NCBI GenBank assembly: GCA_012295275.1
Contig: CM022679.1
Span: forward strand, 15,252,001 to 15,316,000
Reading direction: 5' to 3'
DNA length: 64,000 bases
Origin: Chrysomallon squamiferum
Taxonomy: Eukaryota > Animalia > Mollusca
Positions 24,564 through 39,858 of the stretch are shown piece by piece; the first letter of the stretch is position 1, and the number at the start of each line of letters is the position of its first letter. The notes under the pieces are model-generated. The model saw nothing but the letters and a program-made list of their open reading frames with translations. It did not search any database and was not told where the DNA came from. A program made the position numbers and the translations under genes.

Positions 24564-27110
24564 GAAATACAAAGAATAAGAATAACAAAATAATAATAAA
24601 AAACTAAATAAATGTTAAAATCCCTCAACAATAAGATCACATTTGTATTAACCACATCATGGCAATTACATTAATAATAATAATGATGACAATGACAATG
24701 ATGAAGATAATAATAAACATCATCATCATCATCATCATAATATGCATAGAGCTTTATGAGCAGTATGGTTTCTTTGGTACAGAAACACCATTTCCAAACA
24801 CTAATGAGGAAAAGATACAACAAAAGTATCACAAAGCCACCATTGCTAAATCAGTTGTGCAGAAAGTCAGAAACTTATAATATACAGTACAAAAAATACA
24901 TCTCTCAGTATCAAAATTTCTATTAATAAAACAAAACACACACACACACACATACACAATAATAAATAAAAAAGAAAGTACAAAAAAGAGAAAAAATATA
25001 AGCAGAGCATTGACATTTATTCACATTACATTTTGTTTTTTTTAAATAATGCAAAAATATCAAATTTTTCTGACAAAAGAAAGTCATACATATATATTAC
25101 CTTCCAGTGTTTTCAAGATTGTTACAATTATATTGTGATAAATATCTATAAAGCCATGTCAACATACAAAGTCTGTTTTAATTTAAAACTCAAAAAGCAG
25201 TTTTACTGCTATCATATTCCTAACTTTAAACTGTAAAATGTTATTAGAGAAAACAATTCTAGCGCTCTGAGAATTAATGATTTTGCAGCAATTTTTATTG
25301 GTTTTGCTAACTTATGGACAACAGTACAGACTGCAAGAAAGTATGCGTACACATAATGCAAACAAGGATGCACTCATAGACATACACACAAAAGCACATG
25401 CATACTAATTCATCAATATTTAAACTGTTTACCAAACCAAAAAATATAATTAAAAACCCCACTGTTTTATGTTGCTGTTATATCATCCTGCCCAAATCTA
25501 ATCTGTTATATAGCACCATGTGACTGTGCTGAGATATCAAGAATATTAATACACTGATCAATGTTTCTATTAACAGTAGTTTTCCACAGTTCTTGTTAAC
25601 CCAGGATAACCTTTCTAGACAAGTCTTCATCTTCCTTTCCTTGACGAAATGACAACAAAAGTGTAAATTTTAAAATATTTTCAAGACACAACTGAAACCT
25701 CTGGATAAAACCTTTGTCCTAAAACAAAAAGATTAAATTGAGGGAATTGATCCTGCAACTGATCATGTTTAAGGTTAAATCTCTGACAATGATGAATACA
25801 GTGTGGATGGTGTGAAGTTCACATAAATACACAAAGCCAGTTACCAAGATGTTCATTCAGACTGTAACATTAACAGTGCCATTGTATCCTGTTGTACCTT
25901 ATAAAATAAACAAATAATAATCTTTGAAGGATCACAGATATTAAGTCAGTATGTCAGTTCCCTGTTTGGCAGTATACCTCTAATTTAAAAAAAAAAAAAA
26001 TGTTTTTTTTTAAATTCACTATCATAAACCACCTTCTGGAATTTTATTCAATAAGCTATAAACATTTCAAAAAAATGGCATCTCCAGGGTAATTAAAATT
26101 ACACTTGTTATCTAAGGTTGCATAACCTGCCATAATTCAGAAAGCTATCGCTATTTAAATAAAAAGATAATTACCTAAACTTAACCCCAAGGATATATAA
26201 GGACATACTTAAGACAACCTTAATCCAGATAGATATCACTATTTAATATCCAAAGTATTTAAGATTAAACTTTTATCTACAGCCTTAATTCAGCAAGATA
26301 TAAGAATTTATAATCAAAAGCCTGTTTTCCTAATAATTTAAAGTTATGGATAAATACAATAAACAATTTCAAGGTGAATATTCTAAGGGCTATAACTCAT
26401 GTAATAAATATCAAATGAATAATATGATTGTCAGATGACATTTTTCATTAACAAAATACATGACTAGCTTAAACAACCATAAACAGATTTTAATCTTTTT
26501 ACAGTTTTTAATGTAAGAAATAATAATAAATGTAATAATAAATGTATGAACAGTTTTGCATTTACTACCACTATATTAAAAAAAAAAAAAATATATATAT
26601 ATATATATAATGAGTTGAAATAATATATAAAAAAATTATTTTCTTTTTCAGCATTTATGATGTCAGTCATATAAATCTTTTTATACATCACACATTTCTC
26701 TAACAACCTTCTTTATTTTTACAAATAATTTAATGTTATGTACATATCTTTCTGAAGAAGATTTATTTATTTATTTATTTATTTTATTTTTGTATTTATG
26801 GAAACATTCAAAGCTTTATGCAAATAAATTCAACAGTCATTAATATAATGGTTCAGTGGGAAAATATGAGTGGTTAAATTAGTAACTTTTTCTAATAACT
26901 TTCATTTAAAAAGAAAAAAGAAAAATTCAATGGGAAAAGAAATAGCACTCAAAAAAAAAAGAAAAAAAAAGAAGAAAAAATTCAAAATCCTGAAACAGCA
27001 GACAAAAAACCCCAACAATACACACACACACAAAAGAAATTAAAACACACGTACAGAAAAGGAATTCCTAACAGTCTAAACAGTGGGACTATGCTGATGA
27101 TGATGTAAAT

Positions 27111-27142
<32 letters not shown>

Positions 27143-28432
27143 CACATGTATATACCATGGAATAATGACCTGGGCATTACTGTAAATGCCTGTATTATTT
27201 AATAAATAATTTATTTTTTTATATATTACGTAACATCATTTATTAACTACAAAGTAAGTGGGAATGACTCTAATTAAAAGAACAAAACAACAACAACCCA
27301 GCAACATTTTGTGTATGTACATATATCTGTATGTTTGAGTGCTAAACGTACTAAATATAAAAAGCAGCAAAACAAAACCAACAATAAATTAATAATAATA
27401 ATAATAATCAGCAATATTTCATTTCTTCAATATAACATTATTATTTAACTTAACAATAAAACACTCACACACACTCTGCATGTACACCATGCTGAACGAA
27501 TCCATCTTCTTATCATTATAATTATATCTATAATTATTTTATGTATTCCACCACATTTTAAAATAAATGCAATTCATGTTTTAACTAGGAATAAACCAGA
27601 GCTAAACATTCCCACAAAAGCAGTTGAAAAAAACAAAATGAGGACAAATGCACACAAGTCTTGTTTGTCTGATATAATGGTGGCAGTCTAACTCTCAGTT
27701 ACATACATAGATATATCCCTGTTAATGCTATTTTTGATGAGATAGGTTAGTTACTTAAAAATTATTTTATTTAAGTTTACATGTTATCTCAATTCTTGTT
27801 CTTTAATATTAGAAGTTTAACAATATGTTTTTGCACTTTGATTAAATATTTTTGTTATTTTTATTTAAATTTTTTTTTTTTTTTAATTGGTGCAGAATGA
27901 ATACTATGAAATAAAATATTGCTATATTAAAATAAGTAATTTTTGAGATTATTCATTTTGATAAAAAAAAAAATAAAAAAAAAAAAAAAAATTCATTGAA
28001 AAGCATTTTTTTTTTAAAACTAAATATAATAAATCAATTTCTAAAAATGAAGTACTTATCTTTCTTTAAAGAGTATTCTGAGAAGCTGTATCTCAGTAAG
28101 AATAAATAGTATCTATATATATTTAAAATGTACTTTGACAAGGTATCTTAGAATAAGTATAATCTCTGTCTGTTTAAATAATATTTTGACAAATTATTTC
28201 TGAATAGATATTATCTATGTTTTAATATTTCACAGTAATTTTAAAATCATATTTTGAAGTATAAATATGATTAATAATTCCACAAATTCTAAAATGTAAA
28301 TTAATTCCAAATTGTATGCTTTTAAATGTGCAAATTATGTCAATCTGTTTTACTAAATAACATATACATTTTAAATCGCATTTACATATATATGCTGAGC
28401 AGTGAAATATATTAACAATACAGACGAAACTG

Positions 28433-31400
28433 CTAGAAAATGTAGCTGGATGTGGACTTATTAAGATCAGGGACTGCATCCTTGGACTGGCCTGGCTCCA
28501 AAATGGGGATCACCATATCATCCATGTTAGGCATAACAAACATCCGCTGAAAAATGAAAAAATAAATTTTAAACTTTAAAAAAGGTATTTTTGATAATCT
28601 TGATTCTTACATTTCCCAAATAGCAAAAAGGATAATCTCTTATTTTAACAGAGTGTCATGAATTAAAGATGAGAACAAATCATAAAAATTAATATATCAG
28701 ATTTTCTGGATTACTATGTTTCCCAAAACTGAAATGAAAATCACTGTAATTTTAATATCTGGGATTATCTGGATGGTTATGTTGTTGAAATAACAGAAAG
28801 GATGGAATTGTCAATAAAACATTCATGAATTAAAATTGGTATCATGCCATAAAATTGGTATCATGCAACACAACATGTTTGTATTCAAAAATAAATCCTA
28901 AAACTGATCCATATTCTTACATTTTAACAAACATTCTTGGATAAAAAATATGTGCTGAGTAACATTTTTGAAACTGTATGGATATGTACTTTACTCAGGT
29001 AGCCCAAATGTTTAATATTTATTAATAAATATTCACAGATTAAAGATGAAAGCAGAACAATGTAAAATTTGTGAAATATTTGTTGTTATTAAAACCAAAA
29101 TATATTATGAAAGCAATGGCCATGTTTTGTAACAAACAACTATAACAGTTTACTCAACCTCCACCGACAGGATCTGATCCAAGAACCTGCACAAACTGTC
29201 AAGTTAACAAATTTTTAAAATTTATTGGCCCTGGATTAAAACTCGTCTGCCAAATTTAAAGATGATTGGCCATTGTAATTATGAAACCCTGGTGTTGGGC
29301 ACATTATTTATTTCCATATGATTTATAAACTGTTCAGTACAGTTTTAAAAAAAATATATTTAAAAACATATATGGCACTGATTGTTTTTGTAATACAGTT
29401 TTCATTTTGATTTTTATTCTTTTAATATACATTTTTCTTAAACATTAGTAAATTAACAATGAGCAAAATTAAAACATAGGAATTAAAAAAGAACAATGAA
29501 CTGCAACAAGAAATCTATTTGGATAAGTAATAATTATATGATATTTTAGAAAGTTATTTCTATCGGATTGTAATGAAAGTTTTGTCCATTTTTTAAGACT
29601 GAAAACCATGTCCAACACAAAAACAGTTAACAAAGATATATAACTTTCAGCAATAAAATCCATAATAAACACCATAAAAACTATTTTATTACTTAATTAA
29701 AGGCAGCAAGAAGCTGTTGTGCAAATGATTCATCAACAAATGAAATATGAGTAAAGTGATGTAAAATGTGCACTGCAGACAATGGTTACCTGGAATTCCA
29801 TGGACAGTTTTTTCTCAATCCACTCAGTGATGTGCGTGATTGTCACTTCTCTTTCACCTACTTTAGGTTTTGCCACAAGCCACAATCTAGGGTTTCCACG
29901 GAATCCATACCTGTAATAAAATGTGAATTTAAAGTGAAAACTGACATATAATATTAACAATAACAACAACAACAACGATGATGATGAATGGTAATAATAA
30001 ACAATGATAATCACCAAAAAAAAAAGAAAAAAAGTCATTCATTTAGGAACCATGTGTCAACAATATTTTGCAAAATAAAATATTTCTGCTTTGAAAAAAA
30101 TAATGTGATTATCATCCAGAGAATAGATAAAATTTCAATATAATTATGTCTTCATTACTGTGCAGGTTAAAACATATAAATGTCTGTATGAACAGGCATC
30201 TGGGATTAAATCATGTAAATGACCAATAAATGAAATTACAGTGTAATTCTGTCAGGGGATATTAATAACAAATATTAATAAATCAATATTGTAGACTCAG
30301 TCTTATACTTTCATTTTATCTCATTAAAATATTGCAGGCACAAGCTTTCTATGACAGCATTAACTAACAACCCGTGTGTATTTTCTAGTGACTGTTTAGT
30401 CTGTTTACTCCAAACTTTAATAACAACAGAGCATACAAATTATCTTGACCCTTCAGACATCTTTTTGTATACATTTGCAATGATTAATTCAGTGTATATA
30501 ATATTATTTTCATGTTTATGTACATGAAACAACTTGCTCTTAGGTTATATAACACAAATGATCCACTATGAAGGGGTGAGACACATACTGATAGTTAGTT
30601 TTCTAAAAAAATTCTTGCCAAAATTTACTCAGTCTATATTATATTATTTTTATTTAAATTATTTTGTTTTAAATGTTTTTGTACTTGAAATAAACTATCC
30701 TAAGATTATACAATACAAATAAACAAACCACAGTCTGTCTGAAGGGAACTGATATATACTGAGAACTAGTTTTCTGACAAGATTCTTGACCTGAGAATGC
30801 AACAAATTTGTCATAAATTACTCAGTCAATTTTTTATTATTTATAATCATGTTACTGTACATGAAATAAACTATCCTAAGATTACACAACACAAACTGAC
30901 CACAGTCTGTCTGAAGGGGGTGGGGGTATGTTGACAGCCAGTGTCCCAATGAGATTTTTGACCTCGACAGTGAGAATGAGTCGTGTGTTGGACACCTCTT
31001 GCATGGCCTTTTTGATGTACTTGTACTCCGCAGCTTTGTGGAAGTATTTGGACTGAGTCAGTTTATCCAGGTAATGCATGAACTTCTTGCTAGATGAACT
31101 TGTCGACCCACTGGAAAAAATAACAACAAAAAAGTTATTTCACTTTTATTATTATAAACACTAGAATATAATTATAAAATGATATAAAAAATATCCATAA
31201 ACACCTCCCCCAAGCCAAAAAATAAATAATTAAAATAAATCAATATTCAAATTACAGCAATCAAAAATTATTTGAAAAAAAATAAACTGCTTAGTGATTA
31301 ACAGTTTTGTCAATTTCTCCAAATCTGTTATCTGTTGTGAATTGATCGTAATTATTATTTTTGGTACTAAATAATAATGCTTTGAACATTTCTGAAAACT

Positions 31401-34400
31401 TTGCATTGGCTGTTAATTTATTGTGATTATTACTTTTAATATTAAATAACAGTGTTTTGAAAATTTCGGCAAATCTGTCATCTGTTTGAATGTATCATAA
31501 TTATTATTTTCAATACAAAATAATAATTTTTCGAACATTTTTAGAATTCTGTCATCTGCTTAAATGTATCATACTTATTATTTTCAGTAATAAATAACAG
31601 TGCTTTGGAAATTTCCAAAACTCTTCATCTGCTGTGAATTTTTCCTAATTATTATTTTCAGTAATAAATAACAGTGTTTTGGAAATTTCTAAAAACCTCT
31701 CTTCAGCTGTGGGTTGTTCTTCGTCCTCATCAGTTGAAGATTCAGCGCTGTCTTCCTCATTGGAATCTGTCACTGCTGACCTGCAAATGAAAAAAAATCA
31801 TTAATTACATTCTAATTTACTTCTAGAGTTTCAATAATTACATCAGAAATGAGGCACCAAGCTAAATAACACTGCAAAATCCTCTTTAAAAAGGAAAAAG
31901 AGATCTGGAATAAGTTGAAAGTTGGATTTTGCTAAATAAAATACAGAATACAAACAAACTGTTATCTCATTAAACAAAATAATAACAAATAAATAAATTA
32001 AATAAACACAACATGAAAATCCAACTATATTTTCTCTAGTTACCTTTATTTAATAAAAGTAATGGTGTGAACATAGAGCTATGTAATATGATTGAGTCAT
32101 TTTATTGTAAATGTAATGAAAAAAGCCCTAAGATCAGTGACGTCTTGACCAGTCTTTGCTATTTGTGCAGTATGATATATTTTGGCCTGACAGGAATCTT
32201 ACATATCACAGAAGTAACAATTGTAGAATTTTATGATCAATGCTAATCTAAATTTAAGTCAGAACTGTGTTATTAATATTAACAGAGAATGAATCATGGA
32301 ACTAAATGCAGAATTATATGACTGACATAAATTCTTTTGTTACATTTAAAATATATGTATTTGATCATTAGAAATTTGGTAAATTATTAAAGTAACAAAC
32401 ATAGAATTACTTAACTAACGTTAATTTAAAATCTAAGTCGGAGAATCACATCTAGAATCAAATGGAGAATCATATGACCATTGCAAAAACTTTTGTTTTA
32501 CTTTTGCAGTAAAATATATTTTGAATTAAAGGAAATTAACAAATTAGTTAATGCAAATATTAACAAAATGCAGAATCATTATGACAATAAAAACCTGAAA
32601 TTTCATTTTTCAGTAAAATATATTTTGGATGTATATATAAATGTAGAGGTTTGTGATTAAAACAGAAGTTGAATCATGTTACTAGTACAAATTCTCTTGT
32701 GTTTTTTTATACAATAAAATGTTACTGATCAACAGAAAAGTGCAAAATTAGTGAAATACTTTTCATTTTCTACTTCTTCTTGGTGTACAATGTGAGACTC
32801 TTGTCTGGTAAGTTTCATAAGATTAATCTTGGTTTCGATAGTCATCTTAAAAGCGCCACTATAGGCAATATCAAGGTCAATCCAGAATCCCCTTTCATCA
32901 AGAAAGGGACAGCCTGCTCGGCGAATTGCAGGAATTTCAGTTCCAAGATCAATATTGGTTATCTGTAATTCTTCAATAAAATATGGCACCTAGACAAAAA
33001 AAAAAAAAAAAAGAAACCCTTTAAAAAAATAATTAAAAAAACAAAAACAATTAATGTATTTGTTAAATAATACAATGTGTCTGTCATTTATTGAATAAAT
33101 ATTATAACATTAGTTGTTTAATTTACTTATAGGGGAATATTTATTTCTTAAAATATTTATCAATCCCAGAAAAGGACAAAGAAATCAAAATAAACACTTA
33201 AAAAATCAAAACATTAAAAATTCCCCAACATAAAATGAATTGCTAACATTTAGTAACATAATATAAGATTTAATTAAAATATAAATATATGCCATTTTAA
33301 TGATTATAATAACTGTTGGAACTAAATTACTTTTCTCTTAAAATAAACTCCCCCAATTACTTCCTAAACAGTTAAGATTGCAACAATGAAATTACGAAAA
33401 CATTTGTAGGTTTACTGGAAGAAATGCTGATTATAATTAGTTTAGAATGAAGATTTAATGATACTTTAGTATAAATATACTTATGATATTTAGGCACTGA
33501 ACAAAGGTGTTTGTGTTTGTAAAAACACAGTCAAATTAATGACTGACAACAGTACAAAAATCACTATGAAAGTAATTAAAAAAAAAAGAATAATAAAAAA
33601 AAAATTTCTTCATGTAACAAAATCTACATAAACAAAAAAAAAAAAAAGAAGAAAAAAAAAATCCATTAAAGAATCCAAAAAAAAATATCTGTCACAAACT
33701 GAACAAAATAAGATTAAATAATAAATATGCATTTTCATCTTACTAACATGTATTTTACTAAGTTTCTTCTGCAACTTGTCTTTCACTAGTTCTGCCCATT
33801 GTTCATCGTGTAAAAAATCCCAGAAACATCGTCCAATCAATGCGTTCACCCAGAACAACTGCCGTTCACATATCAATGATCCACTGGTCACTATGTTTGC
33901 TGTACTTTCCCTTTTACCCTTTTCTGTGGTTGGACTTGATAATAAGGAGGCACTCTCTGCAGGCATAAGTCTGGCCATATATGCTGCAAATTCTGGCAGA
34001 TTGAAATTTTTTGATGACTGCTCACTGCTAGCTTCGACTGATGATACTGAAGACTGCGACTCAGTGCTACCTTGTCGCCGATGGCGAGCAGTCTGGGACA
34101 GAAACTGACTGTTGAGGGCATTTCTCAGATCCACCAGATGATTTCCTAGCGGCTGATTCGTAGCAGCGGCATTGAAACGTTTGAACCACTCTTCTTTTTC
34201 TCGACCTGTTCGTGCAAACAAGTAGAGAATGCTGTTTTCACACTTTTCCTGGCTGACAATCTCAAAACCACTGTCGGTGTCTGGAGTTACAGCATTATTA
34301 CCTTCTTCCTTTAGGCTAGATTTAGTGCCCATTTCGGCGAGAGCAATAACAATAGGATACTTTTTACTCCAGATTCTTTTTTTCACGAGCCCTGGAGGCA

Positions 34401-37400
34401 ACAGGAACACTCGGCTTCCTGGTAGTTCAAAATGTCTCTGATGAATGAAAGAGGTATGAGGGATAACTTCGTCCCACATGGCACGTTTTGGTACATTTAT
34501 TTTGGGTCTCTGTAGACGGAGGTGGGTGCCTTCAAGACGTACGAATACTGAATGAGCCTGGCCTATATGATAATCATCAACATTGTAGTAAGACAGCTCA
34601 TTCATCCAACCCTGAAAAAAAATAAAATAATAGCAATAAAGTTTAGAATTACAAACTGGAAACTCTAGATTTCCATTTAGGAATAACTGTTTTATTCAAA
34701 ATTAATAATTTAATATTGATGTACACTGCTTACAAAATTTGTCTATGTTAAAAAAAAATGTTTCATAATAATGAATATTCCACATCAAATACTTAATCTT
34801 AATTTTAGTGGAAATTATTGATAACATTTAAAATATCAATTTAAGATGGGCGTAAAATTGATAACACAGAAAATGAAAAGAACATGGTATGTATATAATT
34901 TTGTAATTAAAAAAACGGATCTGCATAAATAATCATATGCATTTATTATCAATCGTTTTTTTAAATTTCAAATCACAGAATGTATTATATTTATTAATAA
35001 TCATCAGACTGAAAAATTGTTATATTATTCTCAAACATCCAAGTTATAAAAAAAAATATATTTAATAAAAAATAAGATTCAGTTAAAATGAAAAAACAAC
35101 TGCATATATAATACTTAAAAATATTCAACATATACTCTAACATACATACATACAGACATTTGTAAATTTACAAACAGCAATGAATTTTTATCCAGTATTT
35201 GTAACAAATTTTAAATAAAATAATAAAAAAAAGAAAGAAAAAGATGCTTTGAGTAAGAATATAATGCCTATATTTCAAACACATTAATCTAAGGTTGCAT
35301 TTATATGCAGATGGTCAGAGTATTTTTGTGAATATATATAAGAACATGGACATAAATTTATATTTCTAATCATGCAGTGATGTGCAATAAAATAAATAAA
35401 TAAAATCAATGAAATAAATCATGTGTTTTTTTATTTTGTTATCTGGGAGAAATGCCATTAATATAAAGAGCTGCTAAAAAAGAAGAAAAAAGAAAAAAGA
35501 CGTTGATTTATTTATTTGTTTATTTAAGGGAACACTGAACAATAACAGATATAATTCAGTATTTACATAAAGACATTAAATTCCTGTTATTGTGTCAGTG
35601 ACAGATTTTATTATTAGTGTGCTCATACAGCTGATAACAGCCTTCAACACCAGGTGCCGATATCTACTTCGTATATTTGATTTGTCGTGTATTATTGTAC
35701 AAACAAGCCACTGTAACAGTGTATGCATGTCATTTGGTATACACAAATTATTTTATCTATTCCATTTATATATTTTGTTCGATTCATAGAGAATACACCT
35801 TCCAAAATGTTTTTTTTTTTTTTTTTTTTTTTTAAATAAGTAGTTTTTTGTTTTGTTTTTAATTTGAAACTCATGTTATATTGAAAGTATATATTCTCTC
35901 TCTGAAATTCAAAATGCATTTCTGATATTGCAAGGAATACCTTTATCTTTTTTTGTTAATTAATTAAATTATTATTATTGTTGTTGCTATTTTTTATATA
36001 CGTACAAATAATTAATATACAATGAGTGCTACCAATTTTGCATGGTGGTCTTTTTTCTTTATCTTTCATTATGACAAAACCCACAGAGTGAATACAATTC
36101 ACTGGTCAACATCCTGTATAATATGTGGTCCCAGATGACATTTTATAGCCAGCATAAAACATCAGGAGACCAGAAGTCATTTTGTATCCTGGTCTGTGAA
36201 GAAAACATGTGACACATGCATGAGTGAGTTCAGTATCAATGAAAATGTACAGTAACGACACACGCAGACATCTAATTTATTATTTCGGTCCACAATGCAT
36301 GACTGGCTGTCATGAAAGTTAATTTGTCCTTCTATCAGACTAGCCATTAATCCATTCTGATACAATTGTAAACAAGCTACCACTGATGTAAACAGCCTGT
36401 ACAAGATCAGTTGTTGGTATCATTATTTAATTTTGTTATCAGACGATATTTTTACTCAGTTATGCATGTCACTGCATTCATAAGGTTATATTTAATAACA
36501 ACAAATGCTTTAAAAAGATGTAATTATTATTCATATAAGAATAAAAAAATAAAAAAAAAATAAAAATAAATAAAAAATAAAAAATTCAAGGATAATAACT
36601 AAAATAACTTTAATAAAATCTCTTGTGCTAAGCAAAAATAAAAACAAAAATAAAAATGAGTACTTTGTGTATATTTAACAAATAAAAACAGATATCTGTG
36701 TTTAAAACAATGATATGTGATGTTGCTCTGTGTATATATACAAGTAGCAGATAATTTATCCAGAAAACTGGAATTACCATAAAATCAATTTTAGACATAT
36801 ATCAACATGTGTATGTTAGATAGAGTTTTGTTTTTCTCTTTTCACTGTTTATTTTAAATTTTACATATATATTAAGTATTGATCCAGAAAATCTGGATAG
36901 TCCAGTCACCTCTGATACCAAGCTTGCTAGACAAATGGTTTGGTGTGTGTATTACTATGATTAGTCATGACATGTAGTGCAATCTGTGTGAAAAAGCATA
37001 AAGCAATGCCATATTTTTCAGATCTGATACTTTCACAATTTTATACATTTTTGAAATAGATGTAAATTAAAACAGTTTCAGTAAGTATTGATCAGGAAAC
37101 AGATGTTTGTTATTAGCTGTCAGTTATATTATTCAGTAAACAAGGTTGTACATGATATCACATAACAGCTCTGTTAATATAAAAATTAAATAAATAGAAG
37201 TAAACAATGTATATTTTAGACTAATTGTGTAAATGAAGCATTCTCTGTGGTATAATTGGCAATACTTTAATAGTTTACAGTTTTATAGGCATAAATGACC
37301 ATGTTAAAAAACAAAATAAATAAATCCATACCTCCTTATCATACTGAAGTTTGTGTTTTTCACACTTCATTCTCATTTTAAACATTTAAAATCTGTGAAT

Positions 37401-39858
37401 TTTTTGGATTTTTTCCCCCTTCAAATAAAGCATTACTGGATTATTTTTAATATTATTAAATTAAAATAATGAGGCAGAAAATTAGTGATTAGATACAACA
37501 TTACATTTAATCAACACATACATGTTTAGCTTATTTATCAGATTTATTAAGTGCATTTTGTTTTATGGGAAGATTCCATTTAGAAACAAGTTTTATAGTT
37601 TCTTTTCTTATTAAAAAAAAACATATATATTAAAAAAAAAAAAATGGACCCAGTTAATAATAAAAATACATATATTTATATATTTATTTATTTATTTATT
37701 TATTTATTTTAAGCTTAATGATGGTATAATATTTAACAAGCAACTGTAAATTATTATCACAGAACATTTTTAAAAATGTAATATTACTTGACTGTAATAG
37801 AGGTGGATGAAAATCATTCACAAATTTAAAGTAAAAATTAAAAAATTAAAAATAAAATAAAAACAATAAGTAAAGAAAACCAGGAAGAATTTTAAAGTCA
37901 GTTTCAATTCATTTTGTCCAAAAACAGCAAATATGTCCTCAATGCATCACTTAAGACCCAACAAAGCAGAAAATATGATGAATACAGTTGCCAAGAAACC
38001 AAGGGAATAATGATCACACATAAATGTTAACCTGATCGTAACCCATGCAGAATCACGTGGAACAGTAGCTGAGGGAAATGTATTGATTTACACTGGCTTT
38101 ACTTGAAATGACAGCTATAGCATAGACATACAACATTTTTAAACACATTATTTAATGTTTTTTTCATTTTATTCTGAATCAATTAGGTAACAATGGCAAT
38201 TTACTGATGATAATTAAGTATGTAAAATTATTAAGCTTTGTCATAGTTGATAATTAACATAGTTTCAATGTTATTTGATAAACAATGTATCTAACATGTT
38301 TTGTTATTCTGAAAACTGTAAATTAGGAAAAGTTTTTTTTTAAATTAAAAAAAAAAGAAAAAAAGAAAAACACTCAAAACATTATTTTAAAACAAATGGC
38401 TATATCTGTATCTAAATTCTTAACTGAAGATTGTAAAGTTATATTAATAGTTGTAGTTAGAACTGAAACTGTAGTAATTTCTCTTATTTTCACATGTACA
38501 TATAAATACCATACTAATCATTCACAGACATACTTATCCACAAACACGAAAAAGCATCTATTCCAAATTCTTTTTCATTTTGTTATTGCATTTCTGATTT
38601 CTTTTTACCTAATTAAACTACAAACCTTATAAACTCCTTCTTCAGTGACTGGTTCCTTCATGACAGGGATTGTCATGGGTGGCAGTTCTTCTATAGGAGT
38701 CATTCTGAAAGGTTCTCGAGGTGTTGGTGGCTTAACCAGCCAAGAATAAAATAAAATTAAAGATGATGCAATCACACAACCCATCACAAATCCAGAAAGA
38801 AAATCTGGCAAAGGTGTAATGAAGTAAGCAAAGAGACCCATTGAAATGGCCGCCAGTTGCTGAAAAGGAATATTGCTGGTTTTCTTTTCTTGAATATTAA
38901 CTGTGCCTGTCTCAGGAACTGGGATTTTGGAGATAAATTCTGAAGAGTCTACAGGATCTGACAGTTCTGATGGATCTGAAAATGTATCATCAGCATGCAA
39001 TCCACAATCAATTTCTTCAGATGGTGCTGCTGAGTCTACTAATCTTGACATTGCAACTGTTGCTGAAGTCTGAAGCTTTCTCTTTCCTATCCTTTTCAGT
39101 TTAGATCGTCGTTTTACTGTCATGGATATAGTGGGTGCTCCAGTGAAATCTTCCATAGGTTCATTAGTATAATATTCATCAATAACCTCAATATCATCAG
39201 GTGAATCATCAGGAAGGTCATCAAATTCGTCATCGAAAAGATATTTTTCAGGAGGAGGGTTGAGCAATGGATCATTTTCTGGCATAATCTCATGTTTTAT
39301 TCCTAGTTCTCCTCGAATAATAGGTTTTTTTTCTTCAACTATTTCTTCCTTTATGAAGGGATCAGTAGGCAAAACTTTGACATATTCATCTGGAGTTTTC
39401 TCTTCTTTAACAATATCTACATTTTCTTTTTCAGGACTTGGGTTTGCACTGGAGTCTCCAGATTTATCAAATTTCTTGTTAATTGTGTCAGTTATCTTGT
39501 CTTTTATTCCAGACAGAATTTCCCGATATTCAGAAACTGATGATTTTCCCTTTTTTGACGGTGATGATTTGTCAGCTTCATCAAGGGAAGGTGATGACGA
39601 ATGAAGTCTTGAAAGTGTAGATTCTTCTGTTGTTCCAGTTCGTAGTGTGACTTTAGATGTAGCTCTTTCTGACGCCTTTTGTATTTTGTTTTCTTCCACA
39701 ACCTTGTCAAATTTTCCTGTGAAAACAGTTAAATCTTCATCTTCTGCTTCTTCCAAAGATTTAAAACTGATCCCCATGCTGCCTGTGTTTAATTTCATGG
39801 TTGGCACTTGCTTTGGGGGAGGTGGTCGTGGAGGACGATTGTCCTTTTTGCTGCTCAT
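28433..39858 (-). CDS. TEX2: Testis-expressed protein 2 (TM hairpin + PH + SMP/TULIP lipid-transfer protein, Nvj2-like), ~951 aa
   Basis: Exons (minus) 39858-38626, 34611-33748, 32989-32760, 31780-31697, 31110-30901, 29910-29790, 28546-28433, phases consistent. TM hairpin (PLPDFLSGFVMG), PH-like (GWMNEL..RIWSKKYPI..YLFARTGREKEEWF), SMP (WVNALIGRCFWDF..KKLSKIHVPYFIEEL..GTLAVNIPPPPSDRLWYGF..FVMPNMDD). Confidence 0.95.
30519..30920. repeat. Local ~160-175 bp-period duplications containing the TEX2 exon 3' end/donor junction
   Basis: TGTAC.TGAAATAAACTATCCTAAGATTA...ACCACAGTCTGTCTGAAGGG at 30856-30920 (real junction) and 30680-30747; a more degenerate copy at 30519-30577. Confidence 0.8.
31295..31711. 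repeat. ~74-bp degenerate tandem repeat (about 6 units) in a TEX2 intron; terminal unit overlaps the exon donor
   Basis: Recurring TAAATAACAGTG.TTTGGAAATTTC...TCATCTG...TAATTATTATTTTCAGTAA with anchors near 31369, 31443, 31518, 31591 and 31664. Confidence 0.8.
32280..32700. repeat. Degenerate local repeats in a TEX2 intron
   Basis: AAATG(C/G)AGAAT..TATGAC near 32305, 32460 and 32566; CAGTAAAATATATTTTG occurs twice. Confidence 0.5.

Noticed and set aside
26280-26420. AAGGGCTATAACTC motif reminiscent of molluscan non-autonomous repeats (also 29160-29300)
   Set aside because: Single short degenerate matches from memory; no termini, TSD or second copy in the window.
28410-28435. TEX2 stop TAG-C as a readthrough context
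   Set aside because: The extension would be only six codons with no recognisable signal.
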